From Lytechinus pictus (taxonomy: Eukaryota), in assembly GCF_037042905.1 (NCBI RefSeq), contig NC_087254.1, forward strand, positions 2,666,001-2,730,000: a stretch of 64,000 nucleotides of DNA, given 5' to 3'. The translations under genes and the position numbers were made by a program. Below are positions 1-13,665 of this stretch, in pieces. Within the stretch, counting starts at the first letter, position 1. Every line of letters starts with the position of its first letter. The notes beneath the pieces were generated by a model that worked only from the letters and a program-made list of their open reading frames with translations, did not search any database and had not been told where the DNA came from.

Positions 1-503
1 CTATATCAGTTGGTTACTTACAAAGCAAACATTACTTTCTAAATAATCAGGTTAAATGATGCTTGAATCCCAAGTTCTGTTGTACCATGTCAATTTTGCT
101 CAACAGCCAATCAAATTGTCCAATTCCAAAATTGCATCCACCCTATTGCCAACATGTCATTTGTCCAGAGTCAAGGGCGAAAGTGCTGTTTAGATTCACC
201 AATTTTCGACAAAGACTTTTGGGTTGTTCTTTGTTATGAAGGGCATTTGACAATACATTTTCTGTGTCCTTGAATCTGTTGTGTACTGTAGAAGCGAAAA
301 ATATGTTTTAAGGAAACATCAAATGCGGGCAAGTCAGAATCCCAGGACTGGGGTAAAAATACATTTGAAATTGCAAAGTGACATCCTCCTCATGTATTAA
401 CATCAATAAAGCAGAATATCATCATTATATATCATAACTTCATTGTATATACACATCATAGAAGGCAAGCATCAGCATAATCCACAGTCCCACGTATGCA
501 CAT

Positions 504-684
504 TCATGTTGTTCCCATCGTTGAAGTGAGTAGATGGGACCTGTACTGTGAGCTAAGTCCAGTGATCCAGAATTTTAAGAGGGGTTTATCCTCTTCCTTT
601 GCTTGAAGAATCTTGAGAAGCTTCTCTGTATCTTCCTCTGAGTGTGACCCTGCTCTTGTAAACTTGAAAAGCAACTTGACTTTA
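504..684 (-). CDS. FLCN: FLCN last coding exon
   Basis: [52 protein letters not shown]...TGA. Confidence 0.95.
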
Positions 685-3600
685 CTGCAACAGAAGAAGA
701 GAGACGAATATCGAATCATTAGAAATTCATCATGAAAGCAGTCGATTTATCTTTAACTAAAATTCTTTAACTATATTGAAAATATTGATATCTGAACCTT
801 AATAAAAATGAAATCGAAAGTTGAGAATAGGATGAGCATGTCACATTTCTGAACTGTTTCTTGTTAAAGCACAGTTAAGTCTTCTATAAAGGAGGCTGCT
901 ACATGTATATTATGAACCATTTGATGCAGAAGAACATGGGAGACACTATGATCAACTGCTCAGTGATTGCTATTAATTGGTGACCTCTATTTAAGGGTGA
1001 AAGGCCTCGTGCCTTTGATGAAGTCATTGATGTAGTTGGAAAAGAAAATGAGGAATGAAATGTGCCAATCCCACGTCCATCAATTTGTTTCATTAATACA
1101 ATGTATGTACTGTGTATTTGAATCCCCATATTGTGAGGAAGCTAAAATAAAGGAATCTAAAACTCTCAAAAGTTATTAACATTAATGTTCTGTTGTCACT
1201 ATTTTTTGTCAGAACACAAAATTGGGAAAATGTTACTAGATTCCAACTGCTTCAGGAAGGATTCTGGGATTCCAAAATGGCTTACTCAAGTAAAATATAC
1301 TTTCAATTATATAAATTCTCTACTAGATAATTAAGTTTTTCAATAAATAAAAAATGAAAATCTTACTTCATCCATTCTTCTTTGAGTGTAGTTAGAACAG
1401 TCACGACAATCTCTGGAGTAAGGTCATTGTTGTTCAGTGTTGTCACTATTCTTGACAGGATCGTAGGCACTGCATTTCATTACAAGAAAAAAAAAAGCAG
1501 ATTGATAAAAATGAACACAGAAAATGGAGGTTGGCCATTGATATAAATGGAAATACATGCAGTGAGATTATGGAGCCAGCTGTGTCAAAGGCGTTTAAGA
1601 TGCAGTTCCATTCAGTTGAAAATCCAGAGAGCAAGCTATACAATCGAACTGCCTTTTTTGTATGATAGCAATTATTTGTCACATATGTCTGCATGATCCA
1701 TCTGACACTGTCTTGATTTTCTAGACATATGACAGAGGTAAATACATAATCATTAGCGAACCACAGTCTTTGTTTCACTTCTGTTATGCAGGCGAGACAA
1801 AAATGTTTCATCTATTAAAAAGCAACTACTCACCTTTATCAGGTACAACTGAGCTGCTTGTGATAGAGATGCCATATCCCTTGAAGGGTCCTGCCATCTT
1901 AGACACCACTATGTTAGAATCCTGTCTCAGGTTCATCGGATTGGTCACATCTAAGAGGAGGTAGACCTCTGAGGTGATCACGTGTTCTGGAAGCTCAGTA
2001 TCGGAGCTTAGACCCAGGAAATTGCACTTGTAGGAAGCCTGATAGGAGGAACTGTGGCTGATGATGCGGCAACATCCAGCTGGAAGGATCACCTAGGGAA
2101 TAGAACATTATCTGAGTTTAAAATCCGTCATCGATTTTACAGAGCTTTTTGTCCATAGCAAGCAAAATGCTAGTGAAATAGTCACATAATTATCTGTATT
2201 TCTGTCATACAAGGCTTGTTGGCCATATTAAGCATAAGCTGGTGAAATAGTCACATTTGATTGGCTAAGAACAGGTTTGTCTCATATCTATTGCATTGTT
2301 AATTAATTTCTTACACTCATTCTGATATTATGTTATATGAAACAAGATCTAAGTAATGTAATATACAGGTTTGAATTGCAGAAAGAATTGACTGGGTTGT
2401 TGAACTCATTTGTTCAAGTTTTATGAGCTAGATTCATAAACTTTCAAAGTTACGATGGTGATTCAACAAATAGCCCCAACATGGCCAATGTTCATTGACC
2501 CTAAATGACCTTTGTCATGTGACCTGAAACTCCAGCAGGATTTCAATGTTGAAGCCGCCACCGTCGTCGGAAAAGCGGGGCCTATAATGTCACTCTGCTA
2601 TGCAGGCGAGACAATAAAAATCAGAAAGTCTCTGATAAGTAAATTTACCTTGAGGACTTTGAAGAGAGATTTGAGAGTGCTCTTGCAATCAGCTCTGGCA
2701 ATCAGTTGATTTCCAATTAAAACATTGTAAGCAACATCATGGAAGTTGAGACTACCAAGAACCTGCAAAAAATAATTGTGAGGTGTTGACATAAAGCAAC
2801 CAAATAATGTGACCCACAAAAAATTGAAAAATCATATTTGAAAATAATGATAAGCACAATAGTTTCCCTAAGGCAAGAAGCAGAAGACCAAATACCAAGT
2901 TCAACAAACGGAATTAACACGTAACTACAACAGAGACATCAAGTGATTAAAGCAATAGTTTTTAGGTCAGCATCTCCCAGGGATATAATCAACTGGCTTG
3001 TAATCTAAGTCCAGTTTAAACAAGACCATTATCTAACTCTGTGATAAAATTAAGGAAAGCTGAAAATGTCAAAATGTTGTTTACATTCCATGTTCCTTTT
3101 GTTAACCAAATTCTTGGATATTTATCATTCCTAGACAGTTGTGAATGATTTTGAGATCGTTAACACAACTGGCATTAAATCAACCTAAGCCAAAGTTCAG
3201 CGTACAGAGACTGAGTAAGACTCACAGCTCTGAGATGTTGTAGTGATGAAAAGACCGGTCCATCGTCTCCCTCTAACTCATCCTCTGATTGGTGTTCCTC
3301 TTGTTGGGTGTGGTCTTCAGGGGATGATGGTACAGCTGGCTTAGTAGATACCTTAATGAATCCTTCCTCCGTCACTATTCACAAAGTGGAAAAATATCTA
3401 AATTAATAAAATGATGACAAAATAGAAACGAGACCTGGTATATGGATTGTGCAGATATCTGTGTTGTTAGGTGCTGAATTGGCTCTTAAAAATGCCTTCC
3501 TGCCGGAATCAATTTGCACGGTATGAAAGTAATATTGATTGGTCACATAAGGCTATACTAACCTTCATCATCGTCAAGATCTACAGCTTCCTCTAAAGGA

Positions 3601-6600
3601 GGTCCCTCCAGGACCTTCTCAGTCATCCTGTTTCCTCCAGCCTTCAAGATCCAGGAAAACCTCATATGAAGGTACCTAAAGAGGTTGATATCTCCCGTCA
3701 GGACTACCAGTCCTCTGAAGGGCTTGTTGACCCCACCACGGTAGAAGTCTCCAGGTGAGAGGAACTCCCTGTGAAGACGTTCAGCACGTTGATTCCGCTG
3801 TGTCTGCTCCTGCTCATACACCTATGAAGATACCAACACCGGAAATATCAATCAGGGCTCACCTTTACTCTAAGCCCATCGAAGGCCGTGACTGTGGATG
3901 ACCTGTTGATTGGCCTCAGTGCCCCCTATATTGGCCAGAGATCTGGGTATACTTCAGGAAACAAGCAGTAATTTTCTCTATTTTAATCAGATACCGAAAT
4001 TTTTGCATCCGATTCGGATAATAAAGGTACCTGTTCAAAATCAAGCACTGTGCATTGATTTGTTGAATCAAACATGTAGTTCCTGTGATACACAAAATGA
4101 ATTCATATACTTGAGAGGGGATAAAGCCAATACAATCGGACAACGAAACTTTAAACATTTGTAATATCCTGAAGATTTTTCCACATTTTAACATTGGGAC
4201 AGATCCATTTAAGCAAATGACGATATAACAGTCGAAAAATATTTCCACTTGAGTGTGCACCACTTACTTTTGAAAAGTTAGTGAAAATGATTTGCGCAGA
4301 ACTTTGAAATAGTTATGCATATAAAAGTAGACCTTAATCATGAATAACACGTGGAATTTAGCTAGTAAAATTGATTTGAAGATAACTTTTACCTTTTTAA
4401 ACTTGTTTCTTTGCCCAAACCACTTCGAGGAGTGCATTGCGCCCCACCTCACTCCCCCACACACCGAGGCCATCGTGACGATATTTGCTTTACACTGAGC
4501 TGTGATTTACATAAAATGGCTTAGGCTTGATTTTCATTTTGTTAATCATTGTCAAGCTTGGGAAAAGTGTGGAGAAACAAGTATTAAATGAAAAATGAAA
4601 TGTAAACCCAATTTAAATGATAAAACTTAGTGAAAAAATGCTAGAGATGTCTGATATAAACTTTTGTTCAGATTCAATTATGTCCTCAGATCCAGCTGCC
4701 ACAAAAAGGGTAAAGGTTGTGTTTACTAAGTGTTGAAATGTCAATTTTGGTGACAAAATTGTTAGAAAATGCTTAAATGTATCCGTTTTATTTCAATTGA
4801 CTAAAAGTGCAAGGGAAATATATGAGAAATGTTTCGAGGGGTAAGTTTGATTTCGCCCTTTCCCCTTGACACAGCGTACAAACGAGCTTTTCTGCGCAGA
4901 CAGATTTCTGCGAGCTTTACAAAAATGGACAGTGCTCACTCAAGTGTAACATTCTGTCAAAACTTTTACGTTCATTGGATAGATGAGACCCAAACCCAAG
5001 ATTATATGTGAAAAAATTACCCACATGTTGTATATTTTTTAATTCCCAGGGCTTTTTCAAAGTGTAAATTTTTTTTGATACGCACTGTATAGTACACTCG
5101 CTTTAGCTCCTGTTACTGTTTCTAGTGCATTCAAGGAATTAATCCTGCCAGTGAAACAGTTTCAAAGATAATGATTCAATACCTTGATAGCCTTTGACTG
5201 GAGTTCATCAATGAGTGATTTCATATGCTTGACAAGGAACGGCCAAGAATTTAGAAGGTAAATCTTATCCATCATGACTACAATGATACTGTAGCCTCTC
5301 TGAAGTCCTCTAGCTTGGGTGTCTTTGATGAAGAACATGTAGCTCAGAGTATAACCATAGTAATCATCACCAAAGAAGATCGGTCCTTCCCGTCCCTGAC
5401 AGTTCTGCAAGATTAAAATTGTCAGAACCTTTAAAGTGATAGTAAGCACCATAGAACATCAGTCTTTCTTGACCCTTCCCACTTAACAAGTGGAGTGCTT
5501 CTGGCAGTCTCGCCTGCATTATGTTATTCAATATAGCAGTAGTGCTGACTGGGAAAATGACTACAGAATAATCATTCACAAAAAAAACCCCATTCATATG
5601 ATGATAAAATACTAACTATGTTCATTGTCAATAAATGATATTCGACCTTGATCTTGTGACTGAAGACTTGTGCAAGATGATCAGTGATACTTGATTACCC
5701 TTATGTCCACATTTCATGAACAATATCCATAAACTTTCAAAGTGATGATATCTATTCAACAAATACCCCCAACACAGCCAAAGTTCATTGACCTTGGTTA
5801 TTTGACCTGAAACTGATGCAAGATGTTCATTGATGCTTGATTACTCTCATTTCCAAATTTCATAAACTAGATCCATATACTTTCAGAGTTATGAGATTGA
5901 AAAAACTTAACCTTGATTAAGATTTTGCTTTGATTCCCCCAACATAATCTAAGTTCATTGACCCCAAATGACCTTTGACCATGGTAATGTGACCTGAAAC
6001 TCACAAAGGGTGTTCAGTGATACTGGATTACTCTTATGTCCAAGTTTCATGAACCAGATCCATAAACATTCAAAGTTATGATGGAAATCAACAAATACCC
6101 CCAACATGGCCAAAGTTCATTGACCCTAAATGACCTTTGACTTTGGTCATGTGACCTGAAACTCTGGCAGGATGTTCAGTAATACTTGATAAAAATTATG
6201 ATGACTTTTCCAAAATTGATGCCGCCGCCGTCAGAACAGCGGCGCCTATACTGTAGTCTCGTTCTGCTGTGCAGGCGAGACAAAAACGACAGATTCAAAT
6301 ATGTCAGACTCTGTAAAGAGTCTAGCCATTTTAATAATCATCACCAAAATATACCATATTAATTCTTTCCTTCCCTGAAAGCTATACAAGATAATAAACA
6401 CAGTTTCAAGTATGTCTGACTCTCTGAATTAGGACCGATATATTTGACAATAAATCAATATTACTCAAAGCATCAATTGATTGAACACACAAAATAAAAT
6501 AGAGTACATGTACATGTATACCAGTTGACACTTAAGTTTTACAAATCATTCTCCCTACTTCAGCCTAATGCATGTACATGTACATATAACACCATTTTAC

Positions 6601-9308
6601 CCTATTTTGACCAAGTTTTTTTTTTACCAGCGAGTTTTACTGCCCCCCCCTAACCACAGATTCAAAGCCACCTTTGTGAATATAGGTCATAATGGTTCTA
6701 TAAAAAGGGTCCCAAAATCCCAAATAAACTTGCCTCACAGCTGAGACTCCTAATGCATGCCTGTCTTATGATGGTAAACAACTCTGGATGTTCAGGGTTC
6801 TGAGAACTGATGTAGCTAATCTTGGCTTCATGGTCATTACTGATGAAACCTGGCTGACCCGGCTGAAAAGATCTACATGCCTGTAGGGAAACAAAGCCAC
6901 GAGGGGATAATATTTAGATGGACTAAACTGTAGAGTAAGCGTGCCCACGTGATGTCCCAAGCAGTCATATTGGTCCTGGAGGACAAAACAATAGGGAACC
7001 TGTGCACCAGACCATAAAAGAATGATTATTACGATTTGATAAACAAGTTTCCATATATAGCCCTCTATTCTTTTGGTGACAGAGTTTTTGGGAAAATGGC
7101 ACCAAAATTGTGGAACAATCTGCCTCATAATATAAGATCAATAACAGATTTCAACAGATTCAAATGTTAAAAACATATCTCTAATAAGAAACACATTTAT
7201 TAGCCCTATAGAAAACAACAATTCTTCTACACGCATAGAGACTATTTATATGGTATTATGCGTCTCTAAGAACTGCTCATTATTATTATTATTTATTCGT
7301 CTCTGCAAAACAAATATAAAGAATTTTGGTTTCTGCAAGCTACTTTAGGTACCAAATCTTCAGTATGGTATTGCTGATTATATTTCAAACTTTATATTTT
7401 GATGGGGTGTGCCTCATGAAACCCTGAAATGGGGGTCTAAGTAACTGATCACAAGGGTAAAATAAGGGGTCTTGGGAACTAAATATATACTGGGCAGTGT
7501 GGGTCTACGGAACGAGAACGCGGGAGTAGGTACGGAGCACGCTAGCGCTGTGCATGTATATGTGGGCGCTAGCGGTGCATGGAGCTGCTAGCGGAGGGAG
7601 TTGTGAAGGCGTGCATGCAGCTCTCGCATGCGGTGCTTGCGCTGGACGATTTTGGTAGGGCTAGGGAACTGAGATGTTTCGTAACAGGGGTCTTGCATCT
7701 TGCGAGCGAGGCGGGGCGGCTTCTGAATGGAACTTTTGTCATTCAGAGTATCTAAAGAACTGAAAATTAGGTCTGAAAAAGGGGGTCATCAATATGGCAC
7801 ATCCCCATACCACCAATATGTGAGTGCCTGTCAATAATATTGACAGTATTGACTAAATCTGGCAATAGCTTGAATAAGTCCATCATTGGCAGTTAGGCAC
7901 CACATAATACCATGTGAACTGTGAGGTCCATAACATAATAATTACTTCTTATAATGTGCTTTTTTAAAAGTTACAAAGCACTATACGAAAGGGCAAAAAC
8001 AAATACAATAATGGGTAAAAAATTAAACAACACAAAATGAAACACTACTTGCAGTATATCAAAACAAATGAGACTTGAGTATCATCTTGAACACACTAAT
8101 GGAATGGCACTGTTTAAATTTATCAGGTAATGCATTCCAATATTTTGGGCAAACACAAAAAATGACCCATCACCTATCAATTTGAATGTTCTTGGGATGA
8201 GAAGAACGATATGTGATGATGACAGAGTGTTGTACGTGGATTGGCGAACTGTTAGGTCTGACATGAATGAAAAAGCTTGCTCATTGAGACATTTAAATAC
8301 GATGGTTAGGGACTTATGCTCAATTCAATTTTCAACTTTCAGCCAGTGTTAATTCTCTTAGAGGGATTGTGTGTATATGATGGTTGACAGTAAATGACTC
8401 TTGCTGCTTCATTCGATAATTTCTGTAGACGATTTAGGTTATTAGAGGTGGTGACATTATACAGAGAATAATAACAATCTAATCTCGATTTAACTAGGGG
8501 GCGTTTCATAAAGCTGTTCATAAGTTAAGAGCGACTTTAAGAACGACTGGTGATCCTTTGTTGTGGTAAATGATATTCACCATTAATAATCGTTGGTGAT
8601 TTTTCAGCGCATAAGAAAGGTTCACCAGTCATTTTTAACTAACGAACAACTTTATGACACGGCCACCTGGGACCTAACAGCAACATGACAAGTATCCTTA
8701 TCAATAAAATCTTTAATTCTATTTGATTCCAAGATGGTAGTTGAATGACTTGAGCCCCTTTCACAACTGGTAGTGCGACTGCTTACAACTGTTGCGATTA
8801 CATGCAACATACATGACCAAATGATCGCAAACGATTGCACAAGCAATTGTGAAAGTCCCTTTAGACACACTAGTTGCTTGATCTGACATTATAATCTATT
8901 ACACAACCAAGAATTTGAGTAGATCTGATTATCTTATTAGATTTCTCCTTGGAGAACCTTCTGGTTGCTTACTTACAATTATTCAATATTTCTTAGCCAT
9001 TAGGTAAAAGATCACCATCAACCCACCATCCAACAAACCTGGAACTTTCAAGAGATAAATCTCACCTCACAATGTTCAGTAGATGAAGCAGAGGAACACG
9101 TTGTGAGGTCACTACTGACCGAACCTAAAGACTCATTTGTAGATGACCGCGGTCGTTTGTGGAAGTGATGTCCAAACGTAGTGTTGTACTCCTCTCCTTT
9201 TCCGTCGAGTACATGCTGTGGTTCAGCAGCGTGGTGGGCTTGTGTACAGAAGAGGACTCGAGGTCCATGAATCTCACAAAAGTGACACAGGGCTATAACT
9301 GCATTCAT
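504..9308 (-). CDS. FLCN: Folliculin, 9 coding exons: 9308-9066, 6880-6734, 5404-5183, 3821-3563, 3374-3226, 2762-2649, 2092-1834, 1469-1367, 684-504 (1677 nt, 558 aa)
   Basis: Spliced translation reads [22 protein letters not shown]...[25 protein letters not shown]...[27 protein letters not shown]...[16 protein letters not shown]...[10 protein letters not shown], collinear with vertebrate folliculin. All exon phases are compatible, with AG acceptors and GT donors (one GC donor). Confidence 0.96.
1367..1469 (-). CDS. FLCN: FLCN coding exon 8
   Basis: [33 protein letters not shown]; not in the ORF track; CAG acceptor and GTAAG donor. Confidence 0.92.
1834..2092 (-). CDS. FLCN: FLCN coding exon 7
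   Basis: [29 protein letters not shown]... Confidence 0.93.
2330..2617. mobile_element. Partial copy of the Helentron-associated (HINE-like) intronic repeat
   Basis: Shares gttcattgaccctaaatgaccttt...tgtgacctgaaactc and the tgcaggcgagacaa end with 5485-6286; a third end lies at ~1785-1802. Confidence 0.6.
2649..2762 (-). CDS. FLCN: FLCN coding exon 6 (DENN domain)
   Basis: [38 protein letters not shown]. Confidence 0.92.
3226..3374 (-). CDS. FLCN: FLCN coding exon 5 (acidic linker)
   Basis: ...[20 protein letters not shown]; phase 1 in, phase 0 out. Confidence 0.88.
3563..3821 (-). CDS. FLCN: FLCN coding exon 4
   Basis: [16 protein letters not shown]...[25 protein letters not shown]; canonical splice sites. 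Confidence 0.93.
4160..5088. mobile_element. Tc1/mariner-like non-autonomous DNA transposon, left end eroded
   Basis: Right end ...tttgatacgcactg|TA; internal inverted segments (cacttgagtgtgcac / gtgctcactcaagtg). Confidence 0.55.
5183..5404 (-). CDS. FLCN: FLCN coding exon 3
   Basis: [14 protein letters not shown]...[11 protein letters not shown]; canonical splice sites. Confidence 0.95.
5485..6286. mobile_element. Helentron-associated (HINE-like) element with an internal TGACCT-rich tandem array
   Basis: Subterminal inverted pair GTCTCGCCTGCA (5507-5518) / TGCAGGCGAGAC (6270-6281); terminal hairpin gtctcg..cgagac; internal tandem units. Confidence 0.6.
6734..6880 (-). CDS. FLCN: FLCN coding exon 2
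   Basis: [49 protein letters not shown]; CAG acceptor, GCAAGT donor. Confidence 0.93.
8090..8495 (-). mobile_element. L2-type LINE 3' fragment
   Basis: SRLD..YSL....[16 protein letters not shown]...HWL-like C-terminal ORF2 motif, degenerate. Confidence 0.55.
8497..8665. mobile_element. Short palindromic MITE (PIF/Harbinger-like)
   Basis: TIRs ..tttcataaagctgttc / gaacaactttatga..; same family as 31575-31957. Confidence 0.7.
9066..9308 (-). CDS. FLCN: FLCN coding exon 1 (N-terminal longin domain, zinc-binding C/H residues)
   Basis: ATG at 9308 follows an acceptor TTGCAG|AAAATG; [16 protein letters not shown]; donor GAG|GTGAG. Confidence 0.95.
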
Positions 9309-11419
9309 TTTCTGCAATTAGAATGAAGGAATACATTATCATGAAACATTACAATGGTTTCCTTTATCAAATGAACAAATATGGCTGACTTGAACCGATC
9401 GGTCTACTGGTACCAGACCAATGTTGCTGGTCACTGTTGCAATTTCTTCTTGACTGGGAGACCAATGAAATAAAGAAATACATGCTTAAATTGAAAATTC
9501 ACAGCAACAAAGGCTTCAACAATCGACCAAAAATAAAATTTCCTTTAAGTTTCATTTTAATTTCACCTTGACATTATCTTTCAAGTAGGATTATAGAAAT
9601 AAGATTACTGAGCAGGAATTCTGATTTTTTTTTAGCTGTATTGGCCCATACATGTATATATCAGGATTATTATGTTATGGGCCAATAAAATTGAAGCAAT
9701 ATAATTGTGAAATTTTGTCTCGTACTTTATATGCACATGTGCATGCAGATGGAGGTGCGGTTTTACTTCGGGGGAGGGGGCATTGGGAGTGAAGCCCCCT
9801 CAAAAATTCCTCAAAATTTTTTTTACCACAAAGAAAAAAAGAAAGAAACGTAATGTAGACCCACTATGCTATGTATTGAATAATGCAGTATCCCATTCCT
9901 CCGATAGTCTCCCAAGGTATACATATAGGCCTATTGCCAGTGATTTCTTCTCCTTTTTGGTTTTCATTCTTAGTCGTGGCAATTATTCATTCATCCATGG
10001 AGGGAGCCCCCAATGTCCCACAGGTGTACAATGTCGAAAAATTTCTCAAGCCCTCAGAAGCCCTGCCAAATTTTTTAGTCTGTGAGGGCCCAATAATAGG
10101 TAAAATAAATTGCCAATTCATCTACCGCCACATGGTCTCACTTCATTTAGTCTAATAATGCCATTGCGTCCATCAACATTTTGTCTAAACAACCATTTGG
10201 TCCAATCATAACTTCGTCCAATCACCATTTCCACTCATTACCAGTTGGTCTAATATCCATTTCATTTTCATTCATTTTGCACAATGAACACTTAATCCAA
10301 TTAGACCAAATGGTATATATATGGACTAAATGGCTATTGGACCAACTGGTTATTAGACAAAATGGTGAGTGGACGAAATGGCAATTAGACCATGAGGATA
10401 GTGGACGAACTGATGGTAAAACAAATGATGGTAGACGAGTCCCCTTTCCAGGTCAATAACAGCTCGCGCTTCGTGCTCGCATTATAAATTCAGTGAGATG
10501 CGTATTGGGTTTCATGAATTTGTAACTAAATTATTACTGGTATATATATTATTGTCTTTTAAAAAAAACATTATTTGTTTAGACGTTATGAGAGAGATAC
10601 ATACATATATTCATTTATTAAAATATATTTATATTGTCGCTAATGCACAGAATAGAAAAAAAATATAACCGAAGTCTAGTTTTATACATGTAGTAACTCA
10701 CCAGTAGCGTAATGAGCCAACAAAAAAATGGAGGGGGCCAGACAAGGATGACATTTATTTTCCTTTCCTTTATTCTTTTTTTTTCATTGGTAGGGAGAAT
10801 GGGGGGGGGGGATCCGTGACCCCTAGCACGCCCCTCCCCCATCTGTACGCCAGTGATGATCATACTTTCATTCGAAACAAATTGAAAAAAAGGTGCAATG
10901 GTAGATAAGGCCCAAGACGTAATGAAAATTATTGATAAAATATTCATAATTATAATGCTGATAAATACAATAAATCAAGCGGTCACCAATGAAAATAAAC
11001 AGCGTGAAAGAACAAAACGGGAATGAGGGAGAGAAAGAGAGAGAGCCCGCCTGAATGTATGGTGTATAAGTTGCTCGAAAGCAGAAGAGATATTTTGTCC
11101 AGCACCCCCCCCCAAATTCTCTCCCCGCTCAAGACCGGAGTGAAACCAATGATAATAATATATGAAAAAAAAAATCAAATCTCAATGGGGAGTGTGTCAT
11201 TCCCCTTCTTCGTTACAATTTGTCAAGTGGCAGCGGCAGGGAGAACAATTTTGTTTTTTTTAAGAAGAAAGCTGTGATGATAGGGGGAGAATAAAATAAA
11301 TAAAACATTAACGAATAACAAGAATGAAACAACAAAACAATTTGTATCAGGATGAATTTCTTATCATTTAACATAGACCAACTTGGAGAAATAAGATGTT
11401 CATGCAAATGTCGTATAAT

Positions 11420-11593
11420 CGGAGAACATAACGGCGGAGCAATTGTCGATAATCGGAGCAGATGTCGGCGGAGCAATTATCGGCGGAGCAGATGTCGATG
11501 GAGCAAATATCGGCGGAGCAAGTGTCGACGGAGCAACTGTCGGCGGAGCAACTGTCCGGAGCAATTGTCGGCGGAGCAATTGTCGTGGAACCC
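11420..11593. repeat. 15-bp minisatellite (cggagcaa-t/a-tgtcgg) carried by an interspersed repeat
   Basis: About 10 degenerate units; the same unit recurs at 20475-20890. Confidence 0.85.
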
Positions 11594-12959
11594 GAAAAGC
11601 ACCCTAAACACGTATTTTCCATATTCTGAAAATGCACCCCTTAACAAGTATTGGCGTGTGATACCCTAGTATTGGAAACAAAACGATACTCTTGCCAAGT
11701 ATTCCCTGAATTGACGCCCTAAACAAGTACAGCAATATATGTCACGGACGTCGGTTTACCTTTACCTACATCATTGGGTTTAGTACAGCCCCACCTCCCA
11801 CATCTCGTGCAAATCGTACTCTAATCACGTAGTGATGACTCTGGCTTGGGGCAAAAAGTACATCCTTTATAAAACATTTTAGTCTCAATTTTTTCACCCT
11901 CGCAAATTTGACCCTAAACACGTAACTTTCCTAGTGTAATTTTCAGTTAATTAGTTTTTGACACCCTGGCTTATTACGTTATGTACGTAACATGCCCTAT
12001 CTTGAAAAAGACATCCTTTTTACGTTTTTTTGGTCGCGCATGATATCCACTCGTCAATGTAACTGGCCCCCGGGTCATCAACTCAACATCGACAAGCTCA
12101 TTCAAGAAGGCCATTGACAGAACCTTCTTATCCTCACTCCGCCCTCTCTCACCCGATGCGTTTATGCCCAGGAGGGCCCTGCATCGTATAAATCCAGATC
12201 CAGACATCGAATTTGATGTATTTGAAAGTGGACACCTATATCTTTATACTTAAAGCCATGATTATAAAATAACTGCAGATATCGTCACATGTCAAATAAA
12301 AGATTAGGATCATCTCTGGTCAGATTTAATGAAATACTACCGCATGTATAAACCCTCATCCCCAGTGGGGGATACAACTTAATTTCCGACATTGATTTCA
12401 TTTTAAAACAATTCATTAAAAAAACAAGAAAAATATTATGAAAAGACGGGGAAAATCTCCGATGTTTCCTGTTGTTCTTCGCCAAGCTACGTACATGATG
12501 GCGCATATCCTGGATGAGTTGATCTCACTTTAACTTAGACTCTAACGTTATGTCGTTAAGCCAGTATAGTGGGTACCCGGTAGGATGGGGGGTTGGGTGT
12601 CCGGACACTTTATATTTTTGAAGCCTTCTTTTTTGTCTTAAGATTACACTAAAAATATGAATTCAATAGTTGTTGTAATCATTTTCTATTTTGTTCTCTA
12701 GGCCTATATAATATTTTCTAACATTTTGTACTAAAAGTAAAAATTGATGAAACTTCGCTTGTAATTTTTTCCAATTGACTTTCTAAAATTGATCGTCCAG
12801 ACACACAACCTGTCCGGACACACAACGACTGGGTATACCGGCAATTTGAAGGTGCCGATTCATTCATAGACACAGCAACGACAACACACGCGTACGACCA
12901 TAATTTTGTAAAGATTAAGTTCACACGCATGCGTACTCTTATTCTGAACTTCCGAAGAC

Positions 12960-13440
12960 GCAAGTCATGAATATTTATATTGGCTTCCACAAGAATCCAC
13001 AAGAACTGCAGTGGGAAAAATAATTTCGCGCCCAGCTCCAACTCCAAGCCCCCCCCCCCCCCCCAAGCCAAGGCAGCCGCAGCTCAGATCAGTGGAGTCA
13101 GGCGAGGCTCTCCCCAAGGGCCCGAAGACTTAGGGCAGGAGCTAGCGACCAAGGCCGCTCCAGGCGCAACTTCGCCCGGGAACTTCGCTTTCTGGGAGCT
13201 CCGCCGCGATCTCTCAACCAAATTTTTAAAACCAAAATTATTACGAGTAAAAATGTTAGTTTCTCCGAAAGTATCAACTTACACACACATGAGCTGTTGA
13301 ACAAATGTCTATTTTTCAGGAAATCAAAAGGACAAGAAGATATGGTATGGATGGTTTCTACATTATTATGCGGTATGTTGTTTATTGATGGTGGTGGCGC
13401 TATTAAAAAAGAGCAGCAGCGCGCAGATACCGTATTCATG
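12960..13440 (-). promoter_or_regulatory. Candidate FLCN promoter / non-coding first exon (GC- and CpG-rich island)
   Basis: CpG-rich patch upstream of FLCN with a perfect GTAAGT donor on the minus strand at 13282-13277. The ATG-bearing exon has a splice acceptor, so an upstream exon is expected. Confidence 0.3.
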
Positions 13441-13559
13441 CCAGTAAATACGACTATCATCATAATCACGTGCATATGTGTCATACACGGTGTCAATGCG
13501 GTGTTAAGTTTGGTGTCAATAGTTACAGTTGAGACGAGTTGAGAGCAGTAAGTCTAATG

Positions 13560-13665
13560 CTTGAAGAAGAAGAAGGAGGAGGAGAAGAATAAGAATTAAA
13601 AAGAAGAAGGAGGAGGAGGTAAAGAAGAAGAAGAAGAAGAATTAAGAAGAAGCTAGAAGAAGATT
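13560..13665. repeat. (GAA/GGA)n low-complexity repeat
   Basis: Seen directly. Confidence 0.9.

Noticed and set aside
11352-11669. ORFs with repeated RRSxC / SAD motifs (also 20272-20982)
   Set aside because: These are translations of a 15-bp minisatellite, with no evidence of a gene
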